Of a stretch of 64,000 nucleotides of DNA, positions 51,091 to 60,976 are shown one piece after another (position 1 is the stretch's first letter; every line of letters starts with the position of its first letter). The notes beneath the pieces are model-generated. The model made no database searches, was not told the DNA's origin, and saw nothing but the letters and a program-made list of their open reading frames with translations. Origin of the DNA: an uncultured Hyphomicrobiales bacterium (GTDB lineage Bacteria > Pseudomonadota > Alphaproteobacteria > Rhizobiales > Beijerinckiaceae). The position numbers were made by a program, and so were the translations under genes. The stretch is from assembly GCA_903861645.1 (NCBI GenBank), contig CAIOVE010000065.1:138-64137 (forward strand), given 5' to 3'.

Positions 51091-51969
51091 ATGGGATTCG
51101 TCGTCAACAAGCTGTCGAACACGGTCGCGGAAGTCGTCGGCCTCGATGGTTCGAAGCCCATGGCGCCGGAGGATATCGCGCGGCTGAAGGCGACCTTCCT
51201 TTCGCATCCCATCATGTGCCTGCGCGACCAGAAGCTGACCCCCGCCCAACAAGGCGCCTTCGCGCGGCAATGGGGTCCGCTGGAGGGGCAGGATCGCAGC
51301 GCGTTCTGCCATCCCGAGGACAAGGACATTCTCATTCTGTCGAATGACAGGCGGCCCGATGGCTCGCAGGTCGGCATCGTCGACGCCGGCGATTTCTGGC
51401 ATTCGGATTCGTCGCATCTCGCCGAACCCTGCCGCATCACGACGCTGCACGCGGTCCGCAATCCCGCCAGGGGCGGCGACACGTATTTCCTCGACATGCG
51501 CGCGGTCTACGACGCCTTGCCCGAGCATCTGAAAAAACGCGTCGCCGGCCGCGACGCCATCCATCACGTCGCCAAGACGCTCAACCCGCGCGTCGCCGTC
51601 TCGACCGAGCGCGCCGGCGCGGTCGAATATTACAAGCAGCGCGAGAAGGAGACGAAGCCCGTCACGCAACCCATCGTGCGGACGCATCCGGAAACCGGCC
51701 GGCAGGCGCTCTATATCTCGCCGCGCTTCACCATCGCCATCGATGGCATGGACGACGCCGAGGCGCAGCCGCTGCTCGACGAACTCTTCCGCTTCATGTT
51801 CTCGAATCCGGCCTGGCAATACACCCACAAATGGCGCGACGGCGATCTCGTCATGTGGGACAACGCCTGCCTCAATCACATGGCGGGCGGCGGCTACGAA
51901 TATCCCGACGTGCGCTGGATGCATCGCGCGACGGTCGTCGGCGATCGGCCTTACTACAGAGCGGCGTAA
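51091..51969 (+). CDS. TauD/TfdA-family Fe(II)/2-oxoglutarate dioxygenase
   Basis: WHSD, GGDTYF, PIVRTHPETG, WDNACLNH, MHRATV. Confidence 0.92.
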   Translation: MGFVVNKLSNTVAEVVGLDGSKPMAPEDIARLKATFLSHPIMCLRDQKLTPAQQGAFARQWGPLEGQDRSAFCHPEDKDILILSNDRRPDGSQVGIVDAGDFWHSDSSHLAEPCRITTLHAVRNPARGGDTYFLDMRAVYDALPEHLKKRVAGRDAIHHVAKTLNPRVAVSTERAGAVEYYKQREKETKPVTQPIVRTHPETGRQALYISPRFTIAIDGMDDAEAQPLLDELFRFMFSNPAWQYTHKWRDGDLVMWDNACLNHMAGGGYEYPDVRWMHRATVVGDRPYYRAA

Positions 51970-51970
51970 A

Positions 51971-52717
51971 TCAGCCTTCGGACTGGCGCCCGTGCGGCGT
52001 CGGCGCGAGGGCGGGCGCGATCTGGATGCGCCCTCGCCGCTGCGCCTTGCGCGCGCCCACTAGCCGATAGACCTGCTTGGTCGCCTCGATGACATGCACG
52101 CCGCCGCCGGGAAGCGCGAAGCGACCGCCGAAACGCTCGAAGGCCCCCGCCGCCCCCAGAAACAATGGGCGCTCGAAGGGTGGCACGTAGAGCGCCTCCG
52201 TCTCGTGAGCCGGCGAAAAGAGCGCCTCGCGCAAAAGCTCGCGCAACTGGCCGCGCGAATAGGGCTGGCCCTGTCCGAAGGGCGTCGTCTCGCGGCGCGC
52301 CCACAGTCCCCGGCGATTGGGCGCCACCAGCATCATGCGGCCGCCCGGCGTCAGCACGCGCCAGACCTCGGCGAGCAATTCACGCGGCGCCTCGCAAACC
52401 TCCAGCGCGTGGATGACCAGCACGCGGTCCATGCAGCCATCGGGCAGGGGCAGCATGGTCACGTCGACCAGCGCCGAGGCGGACGATTGCTGGTCGGGCC
52501 AGTGCATGACGCCCTGTTCGGCGGGCATGAAGGCCAGCACGCGCACCGCCTCGTCGCGGAATTCGTCGAGATAGGGCGTGGCGTAGCCGAGGCCGAGGAT
52601 CGAAAACCCCGGACACGACGGCCATCGCTCGCGCACCAGCCGGCCTACGGCGCGGCGCGCGGCGCGCCCCAGAGGCGTGGCGTAGAAGGAGCGGAGATCG
52701 ACGACGTCGAGCGGCAT
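51971..52717 (-). CDS. Class I SAM-dependent methyltransferase (YafS-like)
   Basis: DVVDLRSFYATPLG, LGLGYATPYL, HALEV, PFGQGQPYS. Confidence 0.85.
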   Translation of the reverse strand: MPLDVVDLRSFYATPLGRAARRAVGRLVRERWPSCPGFSILGLGYATPYLDEFRDEAVRVLAFMPAEQGVMHWPDQQSSASALVDVTMLPLPDGCMDRVLVIHALEVCEAPRELLAEVWRVLTPGGRMMLVAPNRRGLWARRETTPFGQGQPYSRGQLRELLREALFSPAHETEALYVPPFERPLFLGAAGAFERFGGRFALPGGGVHVIEATKQVYRLVGARKAQRRGRIQIAPALAPTPHGRQSEG

Positions 52718-52796
52718 GTGCCGAGTGTCGCACGAAGCGCCCGCGCGGGGAATGCGCGCCATTGCCTCCCGCCGCGGCTCCCGCCATATGCGGGGC

Positions 52797-55271
52797 ATGA
52801 AGTTCACGCCACCCCTGCCCATCGACGAGGTTCTGGGCGACCTGACCGCGATGCTCGCCACGGGCAATGCCGCGGTGCTCGTCGCGCCGCCGGGCGCCGG
52901 CAAGACGACGCGCGTCCCGCTGGCGCTGCTCGACGCGCCCTGGGCGGCGGGCAAGAAGCTGATCTTGCTGGAGCCGCGCCGGCTCGCCGCGCGGGCCGCC
53001 GCCGCGCGCATGGCCGACACGCTCGGCGAGGCGGTCGGCGAAACCATTGGTCTGCGTGTGCGCATGGAATCGCGCGTCTCCGCGCGCACCCGCGTCGAGG
53101 TCGTGACCGAGGGCGTCTTCGCCCGCATGATCCTTGACGATCCCGAATTGTCGGGCGTCGCGGGCGTGTTGTTCGACGAGTTTCACGAACGCTCGCTCGA
53201 CGCCGACCTTGGCCTCGCGCTGGCGCTCGACGCGCAGGGCGCGCTGCGCGAGGATTTGCGCTTGCTGGTCATGTCCGCGACGCTCGACGGCGCGCGCGTA
53301 GCCCGGCTCGTGCACGGCGCGCCGGTCATTGAATCCAGTGGTCGCGCCTATCCCGTGGAGACCCGCCACGTCCCCCGCGATCCCCGCGCGCGGATCGAGG
53401 ACGAGGTGGTCCGCGTGGTCACGGCCGCGCTGCGGGCCGAGCCGGGGTCGCTGCTGGTTTTCCTGCCGGGGCAGGGTGAAATCCTGCGCGTGGCCGAACG
53501 GCTGCGCGAGAACATCCGCGACGACGCCATCGACATCGCGCCGCTGTTCGGCGCGATGGATCGCCGCGCCCAGGATCTCGCGGTGTCGCCCGCCGCGCCG
53601 GGGCGGCGAAAAATCGTGCTCGCGACCTCCATCGCCGAGACCTCGCTTACCATCGAGGGCGTCCGGGTCGTGATCGACAGCGGGCTCGTCCGCGCGCCGC
53701 GCTACGAGCCCGACATCGGCCTGACGCGGCTGGAGACTATTCGTGTGTCGCGCGCGGCGGCCGACCAGCGTCGTGGCCGCGCGGGGCGCACCGAGCCCGG
53801 CGTCTGCTATCGCCTGTGGGAGGAAGCCGCGACCGGCGCGCTCGACGCCTTCTCCACGCCGGAAATCCTCGCGGCGGACCTGTCCGGCCTCATTCTCGAC
53901 CTCGCCGCCTGGGGCGCGCGCGATCCCGCCTCGCTCGCCTGGCTGGACCCGCCGCCGGCGCCAGCGGTCAAGGAGGCCCGCGCGCTGCTGGAGGGCCTCG
54001 GCGCGCTCGATCGCGATGGGGGCATCACGGACGAAGGCCGCGCCATCCGCGCGCTGCCCTTGCCGCCGCGCCTCGCCCGCATGGTCGTCGACGCCGCGCG
54101 CCAGGGGTGCGCGCCGCTGGCGGCCGAACTCGCGGTGGCGCTGGTCGAGCGGGGCCTTGGCGGCGACGCGGTCGACCTGACGGACCGGGTGGAGCGCCTG
54201 TCGCGCGACCGCTCGCGGCGCGCCGAGGACGCCCGGCGGCTGGCGCGCGGCTGGGCGCGGGTGGCGTCGGAGGGCGCGCGGGTCGCGCGCGAGGCTCCCG
54301 AAATGAGCGCCGGCGCGCTGATCGCGCTGGCCTATCCCGATCGCGTGGCGAAAGCGCGCGGCAAGCCCGGCGAATTTCTGATGGCGAACGGGCGCGCGGC
54401 CACGTTGGAGCCGCACGAGCGGCTGGCGCGCGAACCCTTTCTCGCCATCGCGGAGATCGCCGGCCGCGCTGCCGCCGCGCGGATTCTAGCCGCCGCGCCG
54501 CTGACGCTGGAGGAGATCGAGGCCGCCGCCGGCGACGCACTCCAGATCCGCGAGGAAATCACCTTCGACCGCGGCGCCGCGGCCCTGCGGACCCGTCGCG
54601 TCCGGCGTATCGGCGCGCTGACGCTCGCCGAGCAGGTTCGCCCGACCCCGCCCGGCGCGGCCTCGGCGATTCTGCTCGCCGAGGGCGTCGCCGCGCTTGG
54701 CCTGAACCGCCTGCCGTGGACGAAGGCGCTGACCCAGTGGCGGGACCGCGTCATGTTCCTGCGCCGGGCCGAGGGCGAGGAATGGCCGGACCTCTCCGAC
54801 GCGGCGCTGACGGCGACGATCGGCGACTGGCTGGCGCCCCATCTCGACGGCAAGACGGCGCTGACCGGCATCGGCGCGGACGATCTCTCGGAGGCGCTGC
54901 GCGCCCTGTTGCCCTGGGACATGGCCAGACGACTGGAGGCCGAGGCGCCGACCCATTTCGCCGCGCCCACGGGCAACGCCGTCGCGCTCGATTACGAGGC
55001 CGAGGGCGGCCCGGCGCTCGCCATCCGCGTGCAGGAACTGTTCGGCCTGTCGACCCACCCCGCCATCGCGGGCGGGCGCGTGCCGCTGACCCTGCACCTG
55101 CTGTCGCCAGCCCATCGGCCGATCCAGATCACCCGCGATCTCCCGGGCTTCTGGAAAGGTTCATGGAGCGCCGTCAAAACGGAAATGAAGGGCCGCTATC
55201 CCCGCCACGTCTGGCCCGACGACCCCGCCGCCGCCACGCCAACGGCGCGCGCCAAGCCGCGGGGAACCTGA
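52797..55271 (+). CDS. hrpB: ATP-dependent RNA helicase HrpB
   Basis: APPGAGKTT, EPRRLAA, DEFHERS, SAT, ATSIAETSLTI, QRRGRAGR, C-terminal LLSPAHRPIQITRDLPGFW. Confidence 0.95.
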   Translation: MKFTPPLPIDEVLGDLTAMLATGNAAVLVAPPGAGKTTRVPLALLDAPWAAGKKLILLEPRRLAARAAAARMADTLGEAVGETIGLRVRMESRVSARTRVEVVTEGVFARMILDDPELSGVAGVLFDEFHERSLDADLGLALALDAQGALREDLRLLVMSATLDGARVARLVHGAPVIESSGRAYPVETRHVPRDPRARIEDEVVRVVTAALRAEPGSLLVFLPGQGEILRVAERLRENIRDDAIDIAPLFGAMDRRAQDLAVSPAAPGRRKIVLATSIAETSLTIEGVRVVIDSGLVRAPRYEPDIGLTRLETIRVSRAAADQRRGRAGRTEPGVCYRLWEEAATGALDAFSTPEILAADLSGLILDLAAWGARDPASLAWLDPPPAPAVKEARALLEGLGALDRDGGITDEGRAIRALPLPPRLARMVVDAARQGCAPLAAELAVALVERGLGGDAVDLTDRVERLSRDRSRRAEDARRLARGWARVASEGARVAREAPEMSAGALIALAYPDRVAKARGKPGEFLMANGRAATLEPHERLAREPFLAIAEIAGRAAAARILAAAPLTLEEIEAAAGDALQIREEITFDRGAAALRTRRVRRIGALTLAEQVRPTPPGAASAILLAEGVAALGLNRLPWTKALTQWRDRVMFLRRAEGEEWPDLSDAALTATIGDWLAPHLDGKTALTGIGADDLSEALRALLPWDMARRLEAEAPTHFAAPTGNAVALDYEAEGGPALAIRVQELFGLSTHPAIAGGRVPLTLHLLSPAHRPIQITRDLPGFWKGSWSAVKTEMKGRYPRHVWPDDPAAATPTARAKPRGT

Positions 55272-55274
55272 GGG

Positions 55275-56258
55275 TCAGGCTTCCACCACGAAATGACCCG
55301 TGCCCGTGGTCGCCTCCGCGTCGGCGTGCGCGCGGGCGAGTTCCGCCAGCGGATAGACGCCGCCGACCCGGTGGCGCAGGGCGCCCGCCTCCTCGGCGGC
55401 GATGATGCCCGCGCAGGTCGCCGCGAAGGCCGGCTCGCTCAGCAGGTAAACGAAGATCAGATGGACCGACAGGTTGCGCGCCTTGCGACCGGACATGGCG
55501 AGCGACAGCGTCGGAACGCTGGCCGCGCCGAACGAAACGACCGCGCCGTTCTCCGCGACGATCTTCTCGTCGAGCCCGATATTGCCGGGCAGATCGACAT
55601 CGACCACGAGATCGACGCCCTTGCCGCCGGTTTCGGCCAGCAGGCGCGCGGCGAGATCGTCGGTCTTGCGATCCAGCACGACATCGGCGCCGAGCCCGAG
55701 AATGGTTGCGCGCGCCGCGTCCCCGCCGCCCGTCGAGGCGATGACCCGCGCGCCGCGCCACTTGGCGAATTGCACGGCGTAGGCGCCGACGCGGCCCGTT
55801 GCGCCAGGCACGTAGACCGTCTTGCCCTCGACCGACCCGGCCACATGGACCGCGTGATAGCCGGTCATGGCGGGGATGCCGAGGCAGGCGCCTTCGACGA
55901 AGCTCGTCCGGTCGGGCAGGCGCTGAACGAAGCGCGCAGGAAGCGCCACATATTCAGCCGCCGTGCCGAACGGCCTCGCCCACTGGGCGTTGTAGCACCA
56001 GACGCGATCGCCGATGTTGAAGCCGGAGGCGCCCGCGCCCAGCGCCGCGACCACGCCCGCGCCATCCGAATGCGGGACAACGCGCGGAAATTCAGCCGGA
56101 ACCTTCACGTTGGCGCGGCGCTTGTAATCGGAGGGGTTGATGCCGGACGCGTGGACCCTGATCAGGATTTCGCCGGGGCCGGGACGGGGCGCGTCCATCT
56201 CGCCGACCTTGATGACCTCGTGGGCCGGACCCGTCTTCTCGTACCATCCCGCGCGCAT
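55275..56258 (-). CDS. NADPH:quinone reductase (MDR/zeta-crystallin family)
   Basis: GINPSDYK, PHSDGAG, GATGRVG. Confidence 0.9.
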   Translation of the reverse strand: MRAGWYEKTGPAHEVIKVGEMDAPRPGPGEILIRVHASGINPSDYKRRANVKVPAEFPRVVPHSDGAGVVAALGAGASGFNIGDRVWCYNAQWARPFGTAAEYVALPARFVQRLPDRTSFVEGACLGIPAMTGYHAVHVAGSVEGKTVYVPGATGRVGAYAVQFAKWRGARVIASTGGGDAARATILGLGADVVLDRKTDDLAARLLAETGGKGVDLVVDVDLPGNIGLDEKIVAENGAVVSFGAASVPTLSLAMSGRKARNLSVHLIFVYLLSEPAFAATCAGIIAAEEAGALRHRVGGVYPLAELARAHADAEATTGTGHFVVEA

Positions 56259-56363
56259 GTCGTTTCTCCTTGCCGAATCCGGCGAAAGTGACGACAGAAT
56301 GGGCGAAGAGCAAGCGCTCGCGCCGCCGATGGCGCGGTCATGTGGATTTTTCACGCGGGATCG

Positions 56364-56393
56364 TTGACGTCCGCCGGGTTTGCTGCTTATAAC
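56364..56393 (+). promoter_or_regulatory. sigma70-type promoter of rpsT
   Basis: TTGACG-N18-TATAAC. Confidence 0.65.
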
Positions 56394-56472
56394 CCGCGAC
56401 CTTTCGGGCCGTCAGGCGCCGGGAAACGATTTTTTGGTCGCGCGAGTTTTCGCCGACTTCCCCGAGGATACA

Positions 56473-56739
56473 ATGGCTAACACCTCTTCGGCCAAAAAGG
56501 CCGTCCGCAAGATTGCCCGTCGCACCGCGGTGAACCGGTCCCGCCGCAGCCAGATGCGCACCTACGTCAAGAAGGTCGAGGAAGCCCTCGCGACGGGCGA
56601 TCAGGCCGCCGCCGCCGCCGCCTTCGACGCCGCCCAGCCACTGGTGATGCGCGCCGCCCAGAAGGGTATCCTCCACAAGAACACCGCCTCGCGGAAAATT
56701 TCGCGCCTGAGCGCGCGGGTGAAGGCCTTGGCCAAGTAA
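56473..56739 (+). CDS. rpsT: 30S ribosomal protein S20
   Basis: [14 protein letters not shown]...[12 protein letters not shown]. Confidence 0.98.
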   Translation: MANTSSAKKAVRKIARRTAVNRSRRSQMRTYVKKVEEALATGDQAAAAAAFDAAQPLVMRAAQKGILHKNTASRKISRLSARVKALAK

Positions 56740-56771
56740 GCCAGCCAACCCCCATCTCATTGAGCTTCCCG

Positions 56772-56795
56772 AACCCGGCCTCGCGCCGGGTTTTT
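56772..56795 (+). terminator. rpsT intrinsic terminator
   Basis: AACCCGGC-ctcgc-GCCGGGTT followed by a T run. Confidence 0.85.
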
Positions 56796-56905
56796 GATTC
56801 CAGCGTTGAATAAATCCGTTATCTAAGTGTCATACGAACGAAATGTGTCGGATTGGACACACCACAAAGGAAGTTCGCGGAGCGCTTGTCGCGGCGTCGC
56901 GTCGA

Positions 56906-56931
56906 ATATGAAAATATTATTATTTTCATAT
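56906..56931. repeat. AT-rich 11-bp inverted repeat
   Basis: ATATGAAAATA-ttat-TATTTTCATAT. Confidence 0.8.
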
Positions 56932-57117
56932 AGTTAGTCATAAAGAGCCGGGGCGTCCCCAGGGAAGCGCGCTTGACTCGCGCGGGAGCCGGAAACGTTC
57001 CGGCACTGGAACAATTGTAGCGAGCGGGACACGGGTTCGCGCAAACATCGAAAAAACAGAAGGTTGACGCCTGCCGCGCGCGGGCTGGCCCGCTGTCGGG
57101 GTCGGGGACGCGGACCG

Positions 57118-57133
57118 TTAACGATAATTTAAC
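57118..57133. promoter_or_regulatory. CtrA box in the rpsT-dnaA spacer
   Basis: Exact TTAA-cgataat-TTAAC. Confidence 0.8.
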
Positions 57134-57633
57134 GTCTTTCCCTTGCGCGGGAAGGCGTCTGTGTTACGTCTTAATCACACACGGAATGAGCGTTCGCCGA
57201 TAAAGGAGCGCAGGGGCTTAGGAGCTAAAATCGCGAAAAGAGGCCAGCGGATGTAGTACATTCGCGCGGGGCGGTCACGCCTTGCGTTGAGTGCATTCGG
57301 CATCACTAAATCCGCCTTTTCGTTATGTATAATGCTTACGGCCCCATCGGCGTTGCTTGCTGAACGGCGAGCGACTGGATGCGAAGATTGAGATGTGGGG
57401 CAAGTGCGTGGCAAAAATATCAAAAAACACCGGAAGCAAAATCCCGTTCCACGCCAGCCACGTTGAATCCAATTGTCACGGTGCATGCGTCCGGTTTCGA
57501 CCGCGCGATGACCGATACCGACCCCACGCGTAGCGCCGGGTCCATTCACGATTGAGTGCCGCGTTGAATTGACGTGCGTCGCGCGTCGCGTTTCCGCGTG
57601 TTTTTGACAGATTTAATGCCGAGGTTCGCCGTT

Positions 57634-59124
57634 ATGGCCGAGAAACGTCTATTTCCGTCCACACCCGATTACGCCGAGGCTTGGTCGCGCACCTGCCGCC
57701 GCCTGCGCGCCGAACTGGGCGAGGACGTCTATAATTCCTGGTTCCATCGCCTTGAGCTCGACGAAGTGGATAACGGCGTGGCGCTGTTGTCGGTGCCGAC
57801 GAAATTTCTCAAGAGCTGGATCCACTCCAACTACACCGACCGTATTCTCGCGACGTTTTGCGCCGAGGCGCCCGATATCACGGGTATATCCGTCTGCGTG
57901 CGCCTGTCCTCGCGCGCGATGCCGACGCGGCTGCCCGGCGATCAGTTCCGCGCCGCGCCGACGGTGGTCGAGCCGCGGCCCAGCGCCGCGCCGGACGCCC
58001 GCCGTCCCGCGCCGGTCGAGCCTCGCGAGGACGTCCGACCCGGCAAGGCCAAGCCCGCCCAGCCAGCCGATTTCGACGCCATCATGGGCTCGCAGCTCGA
58101 CCGTCGCCTGACCTTCGCCAATTTTCACGTGGGCAAGAGCAATCATTTCGCCCATGCCGCAGCCATGCGCGTGGCCGAGGCGCCGCTCGGCGAGGCGGCA
58201 ATCTACAATCCGCTGTATATTCACGCGGCGGTGGGTCTCGGGAAAACCCACCTTTTGCAGGCCATCGCCCACGCCGCGCAGGAAAAGGGCCACCGCGTCA
58301 TCTATCTGACGGCGGAGACCTTCATGTATCGCTTCGCCTGCGCGCTGAAATCCCAGAACGCGCTGGCGTTCAAGGACAAGTTGCGCGGCATCGACGTTCT
58401 CGTGATCGACGACGTGCAGTTTCTTCAGGGCAAGTCGATCCAGCACGAGTTCTGTCACACGCTGAACGCGCTGATTGACGCGGGCCGCCAGGTCGTTGTC
58501 GCGGCTGATCGCCCGCCGGGCGAACTGGAGAGCCTCGACGAGCGCGTGCGGTCGCGCCTCATGGGCGGCCTGAGCACGGATATCGGGCCGCTCGACGAGG
58601 AATTGCGTCTGGGCATTCTACGCTCGCGCATCGCCGCGACGCGCGCCAAGCAGCCGGGCTTTGACGTGCCCGCGCCGGTGGTCGCCTACGTGGCGCGCGC
58701 GGTTGACAGCAACGGCCGCGATCTAGAAGGCGCCGTCAGCCGTCTGCTGGGTCGGGCCACGCTCACCGGCGCTCCGCTGACGGTGGAAATCGCCGAGGAC
58801 GCCATTCGCGATCTCGTTCGTTCGCGCGAGCCCAAGCGCGTGAAGATCGAGGACATCCAGAAGCTGGTGGCGAGCCACTACAATGTCAGCCGGGCGGATA
58901 TTCTCTCGGCGCGCCGCACCGCGGTTGTCGTGCGCCCGCGTCAGATCGCCATGTATCTGTCCAAGGTGCTGACGCCGCGGTCCCTGCCGGAGATCGGCCG
59001 CCGTTTCGGCGGGCGCGATCACACGACCGTGCTGCACGCGGTGCGCAAGATCGAGGGACTTTCGCACACCGACGGCTCGCTCGGCGAGGAAATCGAACTG
59101 CTGAAGCGCATGTTGATGGACTGA
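57634..59124 (+). CDS. dnaA: Chromosomal replication initiator DnaA
   Basis: [38 protein letters not shown]; start 57634 (57616 alternative). Confidence 0.98.
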   Translation: MAEKRLFPSTPDYAEAWSRTCRRLRAELGEDVYNSWFHRLELDEVDNGVALLSVPTKFLKSWIHSNYTDRILATFCAEAPDITGISVCVRLSSRAMPTRLPGDQFRAAPTVVEPRPSAAPDARRPAPVEPREDVRPGKAKPAQPADFDAIMGSQLDRRLTFANFHVGKSNHFAHAAAMRVAEAPLGEAAIYNPLYIHAAVGLGKTHLLQAIAHAAQEKGHRVIYLTAETFMYRFACALKSQNALAFKDKLRGIDVLVIDDVQFLQGKSIQHEFCHTLNALIDAGRQVVVAADRPPGELESLDERVRSRLMGGLSTDIGPLDEELRLGILRSRIAATRAKQPGFDVPAPVVAYVARAVDSNGRDLEGAVSRLLGRATLTGAPLTVEIAEDAIRDLVRSREPKRVKIEDIQKLVASHYNVSRADILSARRTAVVVRPRQIAMYLSKVLTPRSLPEIGRRFGGRDHTTVLHAVRKIEGLSHTDGSLGEEIELLKRMLMD

Positions 59125-59150
59125 CCAATCCCGCGTTCACGGATTTTTGC

Positions 59151-59180
59151 GCGCGCCCGGAGCAATCCGGGCGCGTTTTT
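59151..59180 (+). terminator. dnaA intrinsic terminator
   Basis: CGCGCCCGG-agcaat-CCGGGCGCG-TTTTT. Confidence 0.8.
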
Positions 59181-59182
59181 CA

Positions 59183-59211
59183 TTGACATGCGGCGCCGCA
59201 CAATTCATAAG
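59183..59211 (+). promoter_or_regulatory. sigma70-type promoter of the MarR-efflux operon
   Basis: TTGACA-N17-CATAAG; short palindromes ATAAgcagcgTTAT and AGGTaACCT nearby are possible MarR operators. Confidence 0.5.
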
Positions 59212-59244
59212 CAGCGTTATCATATTCAAGGTAACCTATCAGTC

Positions 59245-59700
59245 GTGCCCACGATCCCCGAGAGCGATCTGCTGTTCCTGATCCACGACGTGGCGCGCCT
59301 CATGCGCACCCGGGCGGACCAGCGCGCGCGCGCTCACGGCATGACGCGGGCGCAATGGGTCATCCTGATCCGTCTCAACATGCATCCGGGCATGTCGCAG
59401 AACGAACTCGCCAGCCTGGTGGAGGTGGAGCCCATCACCATCGCCCGCCTGATCGACCGGCTGGAGGCGCGCGGGTTGGTCGAGCGTCGCCACGACCCGC
59501 GCGACCGGCGCGTCCGGCGGCTGCATCTGACGCCCGAGGCGCAACCCTATCTCGCCCTCCTGCAAGCCTACGCCGACGATTTGCGGCGGATGCTGTCGGC
59601 GGGCATCGACGACGAAACGCTGGAGAAGGTGACCACCGCTCTCCTGACCATCAAGGACAACCTCCTCGCCGAAAAGCGCGAGGGGGCCAAGGCTGGCTAG
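59245..59700 (+). CDS. MarR-family regulator (SlyA-like)
   Basis: GMTRAQW, SQNELA..VEVEPITIARLIDRLE, DRRVRRL; GTG start. Confidence 0.92.
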   Translation: MPTIPESDLLFLIHDVARLMRTRADQRARAHGMTRAQWVILIRLNMHPGMSQNELASLVEVEPITIARLIDRLEARGLVERRHDPRDRRVRRLHLTPEAQPYLALLQAYADDLRRMLSAGIDDETLEKVTTALLTIKDNLLAEKREGAKAG

Positions 59701-59707
59701 TTCGACC

Positions 59708-60976
59708 ATGAGCACCATCGCAAGCAAGACCAAGACCCGCGCGGAATCGTCCGACAACGTGCTGCGCGCCGAGGCCCCGCAAAACGATCCCGCGCCGCCG
59801 TCGCGTCCCGGACCCGAGGCCCGTACGCCGTCGGCGGCGCCGACCGGCGAGGCGCCCGCCGCCGCGCCGGGCAAGGCGCCCGGTGGGCGCAATGTCGCGC
59901 GCCTGACGCTGATGGCGCTCGGCGTCGTCGGCGTGGTGGTGATCGGCTCGGGCTACTGGTTGCGCGGCGGTCGATGGATATCGACCGACGACGCCTATAT
60001 CCGCGCGCCCAAACTGATGGTCTCGACGGATATTTCCGGCATCGTCGCCAGCGTGGACGTGCGCGAGGGCCAGTCGGTGAAGGCCGGCGACGTGCTCTTC
60101 CGCGTCGATCGCCGGCAGTTCGAGATCGCGCTGGCTTCGGCGAAGGCCGATCTTGAAACCATGCGGATCAGCCTCACGGCGGCGAAAGCCGACTACGCGC
60201 AGTTGCAGAGCGGCATCGCCGCGCAGGACGCGCAGGTGGCGCTGGCCCAGATCAACTTCGACCGCTCCGCCGATCTGCTCAAGACCAATTCGGGCACGAA
60301 GGCAGCCTTCGATCAGGCGCGTTTCGCGCTCGAGGCGGCGCGCCAGCAACTTCAGGCCCTGCGCCGCCAGTCGGACGCGGCGCTCGTGCGTCTCGGCGGT
60401 TCGGCGGACACGCCGGTCGAAGAGTTGCCGCAATACCTCGGCGCCAGGTCGCGGCTCGACGAGGCCACGCGGCAACTCGACCACACCATCGTGCGGGCGC
60501 CTTTCGACGGCGTCGTCACGCAGGTCGACAAGCTGCAACCGGGCACCTACCTCGTGTCGCAAACCGCGGCGCTCACCAACACCGGCGCGGTGGCGCTGGT
60601 GGCGAGCAGCGGGTTCTTCATCGAAGCCAACGTGAAGGAAACCGATCTCACCTTCATCAAGATTGGCGACCCCGTCGAAGTCGCCGTCGACGCCTATCCC
60701 GGCCGCGCCTGGAAGGGCGTTGTCGACTCCATCGCGCCCGCCAGCGGCTCGGAATTCTCGATCATCCCCGCGCAGAACGCGAGCGGCAACTGGGTCAAGG
60801 TCGTGCAGCGCGTGCCGCTGCGCGTGAAGCTCATCCCCGATGGCGACGCGCCCGCCCTGCGCGCCGGCATGAGCGTTGTCGCCGACATCGACACCGGTCA
60901 TGTCCGCCATCTCTCGGAACTCTGGACGCCGGCGGCGCCCCCCCAAGGCAAGGCCCATGGCGACGACAAGCCCTAG
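59708..60976 (+). CDS. EmrA-like HlyD-family membrane fusion protein
   Basis: STDDAY, IVRAPFDG, ANVKET, PAQNASGNWVKVVQRVP. Confidence 0.93.
   Translation: MSTIASKTKTRAESSDNVLRAEAPQNDPAPPSRPGPEARTPSAAPTGEAPAAAPGKAPGGRNVARLTLMALGVVGVVVIGSGYWLRGGRWISTDDAYIRAPKLMVSTDISGIVASVDVREGQSVKAGDVLFRVDRRQFEIALASAKADLETMRISLTAAKADYAQLQSGIAAQDAQVALAQINFDRSADLLKTNSGTKAAFDQARFALEAARQQLQALRRQSDAALVRLGGSADTPVEELPQYLGARSRLDEATRQLDHTIVRAPFDGVVTQVDKLQPGTYLVSQTAALTNTGAVALVASSGFFIEANVKETDLTFIKIGDPVEVAVDAYPGRAWKGVVDSIAPASGSEFSIIPAQNASGNWVKVVQRVPLRVKLIPDGDAPALRAGMSVVADIDTGHVRHLSELWTPAAPPQGKAHGDDKP

Noticed and set aside
51971-52797. YafS-like methyltransferase divergent from hrpB instead of gloB
   Set aside because: Simple rearrangement; no remnant or functional signal seen
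52380-54416. 678-aa minus-strand ORF; likewise 45039-47222, 41514-43490, 39497-41743, 60831-62561
   Set aside because: All lie opposite well-supported genes and lack family signatures
57316-57340. TTATGTATAATGC as a dif-like site
   Set aside because: Only partial similarity, no XerC/XerD arm structure, and dif is not expected beside dnaA
57175-57549. 124-aa minus-strand ORF in the rpsT-dnaA spacer
   Set aside because: Atypical composition, no convincing RBS or motif; region better explained as regulatory
56796-57633. Firm oriC annotation
   Set aside because: No perfect DnaA boxes found by eye; kept only as a hypothesis in findings
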